Virus record (IMG/VR): IMGVR_UViG_3300025357_000908
Coordinates: 1-64,000 of that record
Reading direction: 5' to 3' (one strand)
Length of the DNA: 64,000 nucleotides
DNA from: a virus
Taxonomy: Duplodnaviria > Caudoviricetes
Shown here: piece by piece, positions 1-10,869 of the stretch
How positions within the stretch are numbered: position 1 is the stretch's first letter
Layout of the letters: each line of letters begins with the position of its first letter
Position numbers and translations under genes: made by a program
The notes under the pieces: model-generated
What the model was told of the DNA's origin: nothing
The model's database searches: none
Seen by the model: the letters and a program-made list of their open reading frames with translations, nothing else

Positions 1-5
1 AACCA

Positions 6-1304
6 TTATAATGGCGGTCCAGGCGGTGGAGCTGGTGGATTAGGTGGTGGAGGCGCTGGTGGAGGCGCTGGTGGAGGGGCTGGAGGTGGAGCTGGTGGCG
101 GGCCAGGAGGGGGCGCAGGAGGAGGTGCTGGTGGTGGGTTCGGTGGAGGTGGAGGGTTTGGAGGTGGCGGACCAGGTGGTGTCGGTGGAGGTGGAGGGTT
201 TGGAGGTGGCGGACCTGGAGGTGTTGGTGGAGGTGGAGGGTTTGGTGGCGGAGGACCTGGAGGTGTTGGTGGTGGTGGTGGAGTAGGAGGAACTGGTGTT
301 GGAGTAGGTGGTGGCGGTGGTGGAACCGGAGGTGGTGGAACTGGGGTTGGTGTTGGAGTTGGTGGAGCTGGTGGTGGGGCTATTAGTGTAAAGACTGCGG
401 TAATTGGCAAGTCAGCTGCAGGCATATTGAATGAGAATGGATTATCTGATGTTATATATGCATGGCTGGTTGAATTTTCCCAATGATCAAAGCGAGTGAC
501 ACCAGCAATCGGATATGCCTGAATAGATACCGAAGCGTTTAAAGCGTATGTACCACCACCTGTTGTACCACCATAACCTGCAGGATCTACTGAAAGATTT
601 ACATTATATGTAGGCACCGGAGTAGGCGTAGGTGTAGGTGGTGGTGGTGTAGGTGTTGGTGTTGGAGGTGGTATAACTATACAAGTTACACTGTAGTTAT
701 GCGATGGCATAAAAAACGAAACATCTGTACCACCGCCAATATTATTACCATTGCTATCTTGCCAATGATCGACTGTATAACCAGCATTTAAATACGCTGA
801 AATAAATACGTGTTGGTTGTATGTAGCTGTACCTGAGGAAGGTACTACATAACCACCAGCTGATGGGTATATAGATGCTGAATAACTATACGTAGGAATC
901 GGTGTAGGTGTTGGTGTAGGTGTTGGTGTAGGTGTTGGTGTAGGTGGAATGTAACCACATGATGGGCTATTGTACTGTATAACCGAATCATAATACCCGC
1001 AACTACCATTAGCATATGAGCCTATCAATGTATAGCCGGAACAGTAAGTTGAAAGAAGTGTACCAGCCGAAGGACAAGGTGTTGGGGTAGGTGTTGGAGT
1101 AACTGTAGGTGTAACTGTAGGTGTAACTGTAGGTGTTGGAGTAACGGTAGGTGTTACTGTGGGGGTAGGGGTTACAGTAGGTGTAACTGTAGGGGTCGGA
1201 GTTAAAGTAGGTGTTCTTGTTGGAGTAGGTGTAATTGTCGGTGTAACCGTCGGGGTAGGCGTAGGGGACGGGTTAAACATGAAAAATGGCTGTACTACGC
1301 TCAT
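6..1304 (-). CDS. Pro/Thr-rich putative virion fibre/decoration protein with two InlB-B-repeat-like (Ig-like) domains and a polyproline tail
   Basis: PT/PTVT repeats, a 4-Cys module ([12 protein letters not shown]...SCGY), two Y.....P..GG...G.Y....V.I.A...GY..DHW modules, C-terminal PPPx repeats; follows the fibre and baseplate genes on the same strand. Confidence 0.55.
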   Translation of the reverse strand: MSVVQPFFMFNPSPTPTPTVTPTITPTPTRTPTLTPTPTVTPTVTPTPTVTPTVTPTPTVTPTVTPTVTPTPTPTPCPSAGTLLSTYCSGYTLIGSYANGSCGYYDSVIQYNSPSCGYIPPTPTPTPTPTPTPTPIPTYSYSASIYPSAGGYVVPSSGTATYNQHVFISAYLNAGYTVDHWQDSNGNNIGGGTDVSFFMPSHNYSVTCIVIPPPTPTPTPPPPTPTPTPVPTYNVNLSVDPAGYGGTTGGGTYALNASVSIQAYPIAGVTRFDHWENSTSHAYITSDNPFSFNMPAADLPITAVFTLIAPPPAPPTPTPTPVPPPPVPPPPPPTPTPVPPTPPPPPTPPGPPPPNPPPPPTPPGPPPPNPPPPPTPPGPPPPNPPPPPNPPPAPPPAPPPGPPPAPPPAPPPAPPPAPPPPNPPAPPPGPPL

Positions 1305-1316
1305 TTTTTTATTTTA

Positions 1317-4103
1317 TCAGGTTATACCCGGTCCAGATATTACAAACAAACCAGAATTACCAACCGCTAATAAAGTACATAAGCCATAATTAGCTAATGT
1401 ACGAGTACCGGTACTTGTTGTACCTGCCCATTGTAGTATAACACCAGAGCCTTGTATAATAGACATACTACTTGCGCTGTTATTGTATATAGTAATAACG
1501 TTGCCATCGTTAAAAACGCTTGATGGTACAGTAACATTACCGGAAGTAATATTAATATATTTGCCGTTATCTCCAGCCTGTAGTGTATAGCTTGTAGACT
1601 GAGAGTTAGATTTTATTGAAATGGCGCCGCTATAACCACTAATACCAGACCAACCAGATATGCCACTATAACCACTTGTACCAGACCAACCAGATATGCC
1701 AGAATAACCAGAAATACCAGACCCGCCTGAGTAGCCTGAAATACCTGACCAACCAGAAATACCACTATAACCGCTTACACCAGATGTACCGGAATAACCA
1801 CTGATACCAGACCACCCACTGTAACCTGAAATACCAGACCAACCACTGTAGCCTGAAATACCTGACCAACCTGAGTAACCAGACCATCCGCTTATACCAG
1901 AATAACCCGATACACCAGAGTATCCGCTAATACCAGAGTAACCCGAAATACCTGATGTTCCACTAAAACCTGATATACCGCTATAGCCGCTTGTACCGCT
2001 ATAACCAGAAGTACCGGAGTAACCGGATGTACCGGAGTAACCACTCGCACCATTACTACCTGAATAACCGCTTGTACCGGAATACCCAGATATTCCGCTA
2101 AAGCCTGATTGACCACTGTAACCACTATAGCCAGATGTACCTATGGCGCCTCTATAAATACCGGTTGAAATAAAACTATAATGATCTGTACCTAAATAGT
2201 AGAATTGTATACTAACGTTAGTACTGGTTGTGGTTGCAAATACTCTATACACTAACCTATCAGTACTGTTGATAGCAATAGGTGTAGTAATCGTATATTG
2301 AGTAGTCTGTAATAATGGGTTAGTTAAATCTGTATTAGTGAGTGGATCACCTGCAGCTGAAAATAATAACGTTTCAGTACCACCGGTTGATCTACTATAT
2401 ATAGAATGAATTAAATGAGTGTTATAACTATTGGTAGTACCAGATAAAGAATAAAAAGCATTAAACTGCCATGTACTTTTATTAATTACAACTTCTGTAG
2501 GGTCCCCAACTTGAGTAATGACCTGTCCAAGTGTTACAACACCCTGGGTTGCACTTAAACTATAGTTAATGTTGGTTTGTGCACCGGTTTGCGGTACCTG
2601 ACTTAAATAACCGTATGTAATGCCAATATCAGAAGCTGAAGTTGTAGGGTAGTACGTGATACCTACAGCGGGTACACCAGACCACCCACTAAATCCTGAA
2701 TACCCAGATGTACCAGAGTAACCTGAAGTGCCTGAGTAGCCTGATAAACCAGAATAACCCGATAAACCAGAATAACCGGAAATACCACTATAGCCAGATA
2801 TACCGCTATAGCCAGACGAACCTACGAAAGCAGCTCCACTAAAACCTGAAATACCACTATAGCCAGAATAACCAGAAGCTGCTGCTTCACCAGGTAAACC
2901 GGAATAACCAGATATACCACTATAACCGCTTGTTCCAGAATAACCTGAAACACCTGAACCACTAAAGCCTGATACACCACTAAAACCAGAATACCCTGAT
3001 ATACCACTATAACCTGAGGTACTGTTACCTGAATAACCGCTTATACCAGAATAACCAGATACACCTGAATAACCTGAAATACCTAATGCGCCACTATAAC
3101 CAGATGTACCAGAATAACCTGAAATACCAGAATAGCCGCTATAACCAGATATACCACTATAACCACTTATACCACTATAACCACTTATACCACTAAAACC
3201 TGAAATACCTGAATAACCTGATGTACCGGAGTAACCAGAAAGACCAGAATAACCACTGTAACCTGAAACACCAGAGTAGCCTGAAATACCACTGTAACCA
3301 CTTATACCAGAATAGCCTGACGTACCACTGAAACCGGAAATACCTAAAGTGCCGGAGTACCCCGATAAACCAGAGTAACCTGAAGCACCGCTAAAACCAG
3401 AAATACCTGAAGTACCGCTTGTTCCAGAATAACCTGAAAAACCTATACCTGATGTACCAGAGTACCCTGATATGCCAGAGTAACCAGAAATACCAGAAGT
3501 ACCGCTAAAACCACTTATACCACTGAAACCGGAAAAGCTTGAGTAACCGCTTATACCACTGAAACCGGAAATACCACTGTAACCTGAAATACCAGAATAA
3601 CCGCTTAACCCAATTCCACTAAAGCCGCTAATACCACTGAAGCCCGAGATACCGGTATAGCCAGAATAGCCTGACCAACCACTAATACCACTATAACCGC
3701 TTGTACCGCTATAACCGCTTGTACCGCTAAAACCAGAAATACCAGATGTACCAGAAAAACCACTTAAACCTGTTCCACTAAATCCTGAAATACCTGAATA
3801 ACCAGATGTACCGCTATAGCCTGAAATACCAGACCACCCAGAATAACCACTACCTGCAGCTGCACCGTTCAACCCACTTATACCAGAATAACCAGATGTA
3901 CCTTGTTGACCTGAATAACCAGACCGTCCAGAAGCACCTGATGAACCAGATATACCAGAGTAACCAGAAAGACCGTTAATACCAGAACGACCGGAATAAC
4001 CAGAGTAACCAGAAGCATTACCACTATAACCAGAAATACCAGAGTACCCGCTTGTAGACGGGTCTACTATCATGTTTTGATTAACTTTAATTATAGCGGA
4101 CAT
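1317..4103 (-). CDS. Gly/Ser-repeat (SGYSGI)n tail-fibre-like protein
   Basis: Two long (S-G-X)n blocks separated by a globular domain, plus a C-terminal globular domain; lies in the baseplate operon. Confidence 0.6.
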   Translation of the reverse strand: MSAIIKVNQNMIVDPSTSGYSGISGYSGNASGYSGYSGRSGINGLSGYSGISGSSGASGRSGYSGQQGTSGYSGISGLNGAAAGSGYSGWSGISGYSGTSGYSGISGFSGTGLSGFSGTSGISGFSGTSGYSGTSGYSGISGWSGYSGYTGISGFSGISGFSGIGLSGYSGISGYSGISGFSGISGYSSFSGFSGISGFSGTSGISGYSGISGYSGTSGIGFSGYSGTSGTSGISGFSGASGYSGLSGYSGTLGISGFSGTSGYSGISGYSGISGYSGVSGYSGYSGLSGYSGTSGYSGISGFSGISGYSGISGYSGISGYSGYSGISGYSGTSGYSGALGISGYSGVSGYSGISGYSGNSTSGYSGISGYSGFSGVSGFSGSGVSGYSGTSGYSGISGYSGLPGEAAASGYSGYSGISGFSGAAFVGSSGYSGISGYSGISGYSGLSGYSGLSGYSGTSGYSGTSGYSGFSGWSGVPAVGITYYPTTSASDIGITYGYLSQVPQTGAQTNINYSLSATQGVVTLGQVITQVGDPTEVVINKSTWQFNAFYSLSGTTNSYNTHLIHSIYSRSTGGTETLLFSAAGDPLTNTDLTNPLLQTTQYTITTPIAINSTDRLVYRVFATTTSTNVSIQFYYLGTDHYSFISTGIYRGAIGTSGYSGYSGQSGFSGISGYSGTSGYSGSNGASGYSGTSGYSGTSGYSGTSGYSGISGFSGTSGISGYSGISGYSGVSGYSGISGWSGYSGWSGISGYSGWSGISGYSGWSGISGYSGTSGVSGYSGISGWSGISGYSGGSGISGYSGISGWSGTSGYSGISGWSGISGYSGAISIKSNSQSTSYTLQAGDNGKYINITSGNVTVPSSVFNDGNVITIYNNSASSMSIIQGSGVILQWAGTTSTGTRTLANYGLCTLLAVGNSGLFVISGPGIT
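1630..2145 (-). repeat. Coding tripeptide repeat block 2, (Ser-Gly-X)n
   Basis: Same periodicity, richer in SGW units; boundaries approximate. Confidence 0.9.
2680..4055 (-). repeat. Coding tripeptide repeat block 1, (Ser-Gly-X)n
   Basis: Degenerate 9/18-nt periodicity (accactata/accagaata-type units); boundaries approximate. Confidence 0.9.
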
Positions 4104-4104
4104 A

Positions 4105-5100
4105 TTAATAACGTTTTACGATTAGTATTAAATTGTTTGGTGGGGGTGGTTCCAGGAACGTAATTGTTTGCGTTATTATACTAATAGTGTAGCTACTATC
4201 AGGTGTTTGCATAACACCATCTACCGATACCTGATAGTCGCTTGCACGGGAAGAGGTAAGATTAGATAAAGTGTACGTAGTTGTTACACCATCTGATATA
4301 AATGTCCAATATGTTGGTAGTGTAGTAGCCATTAAGAGTGCGTTTGCCTCAGCTGCAGCTGCTACAACTTGTGCTATTAGATACTCTTCTGGTAATCTAT
4401 AAGAACCAGCAGAATAAAGAGCTTCAGGTGTACCAGTTGCAACTGTAGTATATGTACTTATCGATAGGGACGGGTCTATATCAAAGTAATTGTTTGTATC
4501 ATATAATTCCTGTATTTCTACACTAAAATTACCGGCTATTACATTTATATAAGGTAGAGAAGTTAAAATATCCGGATTAGTAATATCAAAACTGGTTGTA
4601 ATAATATTATCTGGTGCTATCTTACGTGTAAAAGCGTTTAATATATAATTGTAAAATAAACGCTCTAATGAAGCACTTGTACCAACGAGATTGTTTTTTA
4701 GTTTAGTATAAACAACATGATTACGTTTATTAGCTAAATAAACAGATATATCTTTAAGTCTACGAGCGTACCCTACTATAGCAGCTTGTAAACTAATGTC
4801 GTCGTTTATATCTACTGCATTAAAGAAAGACTCTTCATCAGGGGTACGCGCTGTAATGCCTAATGTCTTTAAGAATGTCTTATAATATTCTTTAACGTAG
4901 TTTACAGATACAGCATTAGACAGACCTTTGTTTAAGTACCAACTTGTTACATAATTGTTATACTGAGCTGAAAGATCGATTGAATTAACATTATTGTTAC
5001 GCTGTTTCCAGTCTTGAAACGAGTATGGCTGCGTGGTATCTGCACCACCAGTTACGTTAATAGCACTCGCTAAAGTATTAATTGTATTAAAAACAGGCAT
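4105..5100 (-). CDS. Putative baseplate/tail structural protein
   Basis: Operon position; C-terminal FISDGVTTTY...VSVDGVMQTP...ITF..PP module typical of phage structural repeats. Confidence 0.5.
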   Translation of the reverse strand: MPVFNTINTLASAINVTGGADTTQPYSFQDWKQRNNNVNSIDLSAQYNNYVTSWYLNKGLSNAVSVNYVKEYYKTFLKTLGITARTPDEESFFNAVDINDDISLQAAIVGYARRLKDISVYLANKRNHVVYTKLKNNLVGTSASLERLFYNYILNAFTRKIAPDNIITTSFDITNPDILTSLPYINVIAGNFSVEIQELYDTNNYFDIDPSLSISTYTTVATGTPEALYSAGSYRLPEEYLIAQVVAAAAEANALLMATTLPTYWTFISDGVTTTYTLSNLTSSRASDYQVSVDGVMQTPDSSYTISIITQTITFLEPPPPNNLILIVKRY

Positions 5101-5104
5101 AGTA

Positions 5105-7462
5105 TTACTTTATTAACCCCAATCCTTTGTGTATATAATAATTATATATTGTTTCTAATATACCTTCATCCTTGACCCATTCAAGGTGAGAGGTACCTGA
5201 TAATTCAGGTAGTGTAGTCATACTATCATCCCAATTCACTAAACCCTCAACTTGTTGACCATCGACAACATCGTTATAAACAAAAAATCTATAATTTTGT
5301 GCTACTGGAGTTTTTAATCCCCATCCTAAGAACGCACTTAAAGGGTAAGCAGAAAGAGGATAAGCAGAAACAGGGTACGCATTTACCGGTAGTAGAGCAT
5401 TTAATCCACGAGCTGTAACACTACTATAACTTGTAATGTTAGATACTTCTATTAATTCATAATAATCAGAATTAAATAAATCATTAACTACTATTTTTTG
5501 TCCTGCTGAAACCATAGTAGTGTATATGTTGTACTCTCTAAGAGATGTATTTAAATTAACGTGACCCGCACTTAAAGCAAAGTTTCTTGCATACTGAGAA
5601 CGCGCACCCCATACTACACTTTGCTGGACAGAATACAAGTCGAATATTCTACCCAGTGTAGGTGGAACATCGTAATTGTAATTATCAAGCGTTAAGCCTA
5701 ATGATTCAGCAAGAGAATAAAACGCATTTACGTTGGTGCAAGATGGGTCAGCATTATTTTGTACAAAATTTGCAATCTTTTCGTACACCACCCCGCCATA
5801 CGTATCGTCGTTTGTAGCACTTGTACCGGCAATTGAAGATAAATAACTATCAAAAAATACAGAATTCTGATTAATTGTAGGTTGTAAAGCATATGACTTT
5901 AACTGTGCACCGTAATCAAAACTTCCATTAAATTTACGTGTAAAATAAGTACTATTAAAATCTACTATATTAAATACTCTGCTTTGACCGGTAAACCCTT
6001 GCTTACCATAAGAATTAGTATAGCTATTATTAATATAATTAACTACTGGTGTAGGTGGTATACTAATATAATACGGGTTATACCCTGTTACAGTGTTTGG
6101 CAGTAAATCATTTACATAGGCAAAACCGCTTGCTCCGTTTGAAAGTGTACTACGAGTTACTATTGTAGCAGCTCCTGTAGTATAAGGTGTAAATGTACCT
6201 AAATAGTAACCACCTATATCTCTACCTAAACTATCATAACGTTGTAAAGTGTATTTTAATAAATTACCATGTGTGGGGGTTGTGCTAAGATTATAATCTG
6301 CGCTCATTGCATACGCAGATGTAGATTGAATGTATAACTGAAATGTATTGTTAATAGCGTCGTTAGTGTTTGATGTATTTAATGGGTAATTCAATAACGG
6401 TACATCAGAAAGGAATGTAGCAGTACTATTAGTAAGATGAGAACTGTTAACAGTAGTTACAAATCTACTTTCAACCCCTGGCCAATATACACTGTTAAAC
6501 GGTACGCTACCGTTTATTGTAACACCAATATTATCTGGTTGTAAACTCTGTACATAATAATAAGAAGATAAACTAACTAACGAGTTCGAATAAGAAGGAA
6601 CATTTACATAATCATACGAAGGTGTATTTGGTATATTGATAGTATCCAGTGTTACCCATATGGTAGTAGGGTGTGCAGATACTAACAAGGTGCCTGTATA
6701 ATTGTGTACCACCATCGATGGAATATCATCTATATAATAGAAACTACCAGACCCCGATAGACCAACTAATGTTCCTGTTGGTGATAAATTACCATTGCTA
6801 TCTATTCTAATTTCAGTGCTGCTGATTGGTTTAAAATTAGTTATTACTAATCCATCGTCTAACGGGCTTGCAGAAACTGTAGTAAAGCGCCATCTTGGAC
6901 GTAGATTGGAAATCTGACTAACTGGTATTTCACTATAAGGTTGAGATAAGGAATTATCTGAGTATAGCGAAAAGTTTAAAGTACTATTATCAGTTATACT
7001 TGTTTGATAGTTAAATGTAAGCGGTACAGGGCCAGATGAAACTACCCCAGACTTACAAGATTGATAACCAAAGAAACACGCACCAGATAACGGATTACCA
7101 ACCATTATATTATTCCACTGAGAATAGTCCCAAGATAAGTTATCTACAAGAAAATTACTTGCGGTTACTGTTTGTGAAAATGTTAATGGGGTTATTCCAG
7201 TATTATTATTAAAAATACCAAGTTTTACCTCATATATACCTGGCCAGGAATAAACATGTGATGGGGAATAATCTGTACTATAAGTACCATCCCCGAACCA
7301 CCAAATTAAGTTGTAATTTGATGTAATAGCTGCTTGAGTTATACCAGCCTGGGTGCTTAAATTACAACTAAACGTAGTAGCAGAAGTAAAGCCGCTAAGC
7401 GGTGACGCAGTTAAACCACTTACCGTTATACCATGAAATGCACTTAGTGGTATCGATACCAT
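5105..7462 (-). CDS. PKD-domain-containing putative baseplate wedge protein (gp7-like position)
   Basis: PKD motif WWFGDG...SPSHVYSWPGIYEVKL; directly follows gp6. Confidence 0.55.
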   Translation of the reverse strand: MVSIPLSAFHGITVSGLTASPLSGFTSATTFSCNLSTQAGITQAAITSNYNLIWWFGDGTYSTDYSPSHVYSWPGIYEVKLGIFNNNTGITPLTFSQTVTASNFLVDNLSWDYSQWNNIMVGNPLSGACFFGYQSCKSGVVSSGPVPLTFNYQTSITDNSTLNFSLYSDNSLSQPYSEIPVSQISNLRPRWRFTTVSASPLDDGLVITNFKPISSTEIRIDSNGNLSPTGTLVGLSGSGSFYYIDDIPSMVVHNYTGTLLVSAHPTTIWVTLDTINIPNTPSYDYVNVPSYSNSLVSLSSYYYVQSLQPDNIGVTINGSVPFNSVYWPGVESRFVTTVNSSHLTNSTATFLSDVPLLNYPLNTSNTNDAINNTFQLYIQSTSAYAMSADYNLSTTPTHGNLLKYTLQRYDSLGRDIGGYYLGTFTPYTTGAATIVTRSTLSNGASGFAYVNDLLPNTVTGYNPYYISIPPTPVVNYINNSYTNSYGKQGFTGQSRVFNIVDFNSTYFTRKFNGSFDYGAQLKSYALQPTINQNSVFFDSYLSSIAGTSATNDDTYGGVVYEKIANFVQNNADPSCTNVNAFYSLAESLGLTLDNYNYDVPPTLGRIFDLYSVQQSVVWGARSQYARNFALSAGHVNLNTSLREYNIYTTMVSAGQKIVVNDLFNSDYYELIEVSNITSYSSVTARGLNALLPVNAYPVSAYPLSAYPLSAFLGWGLKTPVAQNYRFFVYNDVVDGQQVEGLVNWDDSMTTLPELSGTSHLEWVKDEGILETIYNYYIHKGLGLIK

Positions 7463-7463
7463 A

Positions 7464-9293
7464 TTAGTAAATTACAATTGACGCATTTTGGGAAGCTTCC
7501 TGTTGTATTACAACACGGGTTAGCAACTCATTAATGTCGTTTAAATACACTGTTTGGAATGGTTGTACGGTGAATGTTTTAGATGTGAAAGTTATATCGT
7601 TGTCGGGATACGAAGGATTGTAAACTATTAAAGATACACCATTAACTGTTTCAGTACTGTTTACTGTTGCAACAGATTGTACATCAGTTAGAGCTAATAT
7701 ACTACCTGTAATGTCAGGTATGTTAATTGTGCACCCTAATTTTAAGCTTGATGGATTAAAATACGATTCAAATATAGATTGAATACTGCTTAATATAACA
7801 CTTGCAGGTGTCTTAGCGCCTCTATTTAATGTAATTACTAATTTAGAATTCGTTACATCAGCAAGTGTAGTAGTAGTACCTACACCTACACCGGTCGTAA
7901 CTGCTAAATACACCGGATCCATAATTACTACCTCTGAGGTTAACGTTTTTTTATCGTTTACAGTAGATACAATTAATTGCTTCTGAGATGGTGTTAAGTA
8001 GTTAATGTAGTTGTTTGTTAAAAGCTTTGTTGCCTTAGGTAATACGTATACATATACGTTATTAAAATTACATGCATCAGCAAACGCCATTTGATTGTAA
8101 AGTACTCTATAATCTACACCCGGGTTAGTTAGTCCAATGTTGTATAGATACTTTAAATGCGAATTAACATACTGATTATTGTTTAGTACAGCTACATCGT
8201 TAATAATGTTAGCAAAGTTACTTGTAATATATGACTTATAGTCAGCTGTAGTTACAACTCTAAATTGAGATTTAAATGAAGCAGGCGCATTACTACGAAT
8301 ACTGTTTACACTTTCAATATCGGTGAATGATGTTGATATATTTGTGTTTGCAAACTGTAGACCTAAAACCTTTACGTCATCTAATAGATTTAAATCACTA
8401 CTTGTAACATCTGGCTGTATTAAACCGAATTGACTTGTTGTATAAATAGCGGCTTTTTGACCGTCTATTGCGCCTACACCAATTTGACCACCAGTACCAG
8501 TAGATTGTAAATAATATATAGCTACTAAGTCGCTTGGGTTTAATTGAGCGCCGTTAATACCATCACCAAATTTAAACTCATAATTTTTATTACTATTTAA
8601 ACGCAGTTCAAAGCATTTATCTGTAGCATTTTGTAAATAAAGCGACTCTGTACGTAACCATTTAGTCCATTTACTTGTATTAACATCTTTTACATAAACG
8701 TCAATATTAAAGTGATCAACAGTAACATTTGAACCTGGAACTAAATAGACTACTTCGTTAGATTCACCACGCGCGGTATAAATAGGGTATTCAATATAGT
8801 TACCTTGATATAATAGATACTGATTACTTACAGTAGTTAAATTTTCTGTACCTGTTACTGTTTTAGTAAAAGTAACATCTTCATTAAATGAATAAGCCGC
8901 ATTACCCGCTCTAATAAGCGTATAACGTGGTATTGTATAAGAGCCTGGTACTAAATCTGAAGTTGCAGAAATTGAAAATGATAATGTAGATGTTTGTGCT
9001 CCAATAGGAGAGTAGTTCAGCAACTTAACAATACGATTCATGTTTTCGTAAAGCTGGGCTTCACTAAACAAAGATTCGGTTGATGTTTGATTGAGATAAT
9101 AAAGTAAGGTATGAAACGAATAAGCTATGATATTGTTAATAGCTGTAATATTAGAACCTTCATAGTTTTGATCGGTTATAATACCGCTTTGATTTAAACG
9201 GTTCGATATAAAACTTCTTAATGAAAGTGCATCAAATGCTACGTATTCGTTTGAAGCTATATTAAGATCTTTATTGTCTGAAGCTGTATTCAT
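7464..9293 (-). CDS. gp6: Baseplate wedge subunit, T4 gp6-like
   Basis: DQNYEGSNI, ESLFSEAQL, FGDGING, SIRSNAP...QFRVVTTADY motifs; follows gp25. Confidence 0.88.
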   Translation of the reverse strand: MNTASDNKDLNIASNEYVAFDALSLRSFISNRLNQSGIITDQNYEGSNITAINNIIAYSFHTLLYYLNQTSTESLFSEAQLYENMNRIVKLLNYSPIGAQTSTLSFSISATSDLVPGSYTIPRYTLIRAGNAAYSFNEDVTFTKTVTGTENLTTVSNQYLLYQGNYIEYPIYTARGESNEVVYLVPGSNVTVDHFNIDVYVKDVNTSKWTKWLRTESLYLQNATDKCFELRLNSNKNYEFKFGDGINGAQLNPSDLVAIYYLQSTGTGGQIGVGAIDGQKAAIYTTSQFGLIQPDVTSSDLNLLDDVKVLGLQFANTNISTSFTDIESVNSIRSNAPASFKSQFRVVTTADYKSYITSNFANIINDVAVLNNNQYVNSHLKYLYNIGLTNPGVDYRVLYNQMAFADACNFNNVYVYVLPKATKLLTNNYINYLTPSQKQLIVSTVNDKKTLTSEVVIMDPVYLAVTTGVGVGTTTTLADVTNSKLVITLNRGAKTPASVILSSIQSIFESYFNPSSLKLGCTINIPDITGSILALTDVQSVATVNSTETVNGVSLIVYNPSYPDNDITFTSKTFTVQPFQTVYLNDINELLTRVVIQQEASQNASIVIY

Positions 9294-9733
9294 TATGTAA
9301 GAAGTGTGTATCCGTTTTTACTTAAAACACCAGGTAATTTGATCTGCTGATTAAGAGCGGGTATCAAAATACTTAATACTATAGTAAAGGTTTGCTCGTC
9401 TTGATTAACATTAATATTAACGTTTTGTACAGAAATACGGGGTTCAAAGTTAGTCAAATTATCAATAATGTGCTTACCTATCATATATGCTGTTGTGTCA
9501 GTTGCTGGTTCAAACACGTATTTCATTAAATTTAATCCGTATTCCGGATTTAATAAGTTTTGACCAGGCATCGTGTTGAATAGATTAACTATTGAGTTTG
9601 CAACAGCCTCCCCATCATAATCTGTTACTATATCTCTTTGTATAGGATTACTGAAATCTAAGTGTACATCTACAAAGTTATACTTTTTTGAAGAAAGTAC
9701 CTTTTGTAGACCGTTAAAACTGATCGATGGCAT
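9293..9733 (-). CDS. gp25: Baseplate wedge subunit, T4 gp25-like
   Basis: AVANSIVNLFNTMPGQNLLNPEYG and NFEPRISV, a GPW/gp25 signature. Confidence 0.88.
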   Translation of the reverse strand: MPSISFNGLQKVLSSKKYNFVDVHLDFSNPIQRDIVTDYDGEAVANSIVNLFNTMPGQNLLNPEYGLNLMKYVFEPATDTTAYMIGKHIIDNLTNFEPRISVQNVNINVNQDEQTFTIVLSILIPALNQQIKLPGVLSKNGYTLLT

Positions 9734-9783
9734 GTAATTACTTAGGAATAGAGTATAAAAACATAAGTAATAATATACATTTT

Positions 9784-10869
9784 ATGAAGAACAGTAAGTT
9801 TATCCCTCTCTATGAAACTATCTATAATCGCTACAAACAAGGAGCTGGTTTTTTAGAGGGTGACATAGTAAAGCTTAAATCCGGCTACAAATCCTTAGAT
9901 TGCTATAAAAATCTAAGCGATTCAGTAAAAGCACACTTAGAAGGTGCAGAAAAATCTGGCTACAACTTACGTGTAGGTCGTTTACACACCCCTGACAACC
10001 AATACGGTTCAATGGGTTACATTAATTTACCTGCAACTCATGCAGATCTTTATCAAGAAAAATCTCCAGGTAACTTCGGCGGTCTTGTTACAATTCCGAT
10101 TGAACTAATCGAAGTACTTGATACCGGTGTCAATCTTGCGTCCGTTTCTGATAACAATAAACGTGCAAACGGCCAATATCAAAAAGCTGGTAAATGGAAA
10201 TCTAACCCAGATACAGAAGAAACAAAAGAACAAAATCATTTAGGTCATGAAGAAAATTGGGTTAAAAAAGGCGATTACGATTTAGCTACAAAGAATAAAA
10301 AATCGGTAGTTGGAGCAAATTCATATAATGATGAAAAACCTTCTGAATTTAAACCATTACCTAAAAACGGTAAGAAGCCAAAGACATTAAAGGAATCGGA
10401 AGAAATTTTAAATGAGCTTTACGTACACATTTTACGTGAAGACGATAGTGAAGCAGAACGTGCAGAAGAGTCAACTGAAGAAACCACTGAAACACCAGTA
10501 GAAGAAAAAATCTGTCCAATTTGCGGTATGGATGTGTGCCAGTGCAAAAAGGAAGAAGGTGCTGGTGTAATGCACTTTAAAGATCAGCAAGCTAAAGCAG
10601 CTGGTAAAGATACTTTTGAGCTTGGCGGTAAATCATTTCCTGTTAAAGAAGAGGAAGAAGTTTACGATGAATCAGATCTTAAGCACCATGTTAAAGATGA
10701 ATGCTGGAACATGGAAGATAATAGATTAGTTGATGAGTGCTGGGAAGAAGATGGTTCTGTTAAAGAAGAGTGCTGGAAAATGGCTGAAGAAGAAGCAGCA
10801 ATGCCAGAAAATGATCCAGCAGCACAAGACAATAACGCTAAGGATCCAGAACAGACTTCTGCTTTATAA
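9784..10869 (+). CDS. Hypothetical late protein with acidic C-terminus (candidate internal head protein)
   Basis: Start moved to ATG 9784 behind TAAGTA (9764-9769); CPICGMDVCQC motif, three ECW repeats, several L/I-x-E sites. Confidence 0.6.
   Translation: MKNSKFIPLYETIYNRYKQGAGFLEGDIVKLKSGYKSLDCYKNLSDSVKAHLEGAEKSGYNLRVGRLHTPDNQYGSMGYINLPATHADLYQEKSPGNFGGLVTIPIELIEVLDTGVNLASVSDNNKRANGQYQKAGKWKSNPDTEETKEQNHLGHEENWVKKGDYDLATKNKKSVVGANSYNDEKPSEFKPLPKNGKKPKTLKESEEILNELYVHILREDDSEAERAEESTEETTETPVEEKICPICGMDVCQCKKEEGAGVMHFKDQQAKAAGKDTFELGGKSFPVKEEEEVYDESDLKHHVKDECWNMEDNRLVDECWEEDGSVKEECWKMAEEEAAMPENDPAAQDNNAKDPEQTSAL

Noticed and set aside
44-1389. Plus-strand ORFs 44-286 and 1159-1389
   Set aside because: Antisense shadows of the Pro/Thr codon repeats
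1630-4055. Repeat array as CRISPR or a DNA-level VNTR
   Set aside because: No identical repeats with unique spacers; the periodicity is explained by the S-G-X protein repeat with varied codons
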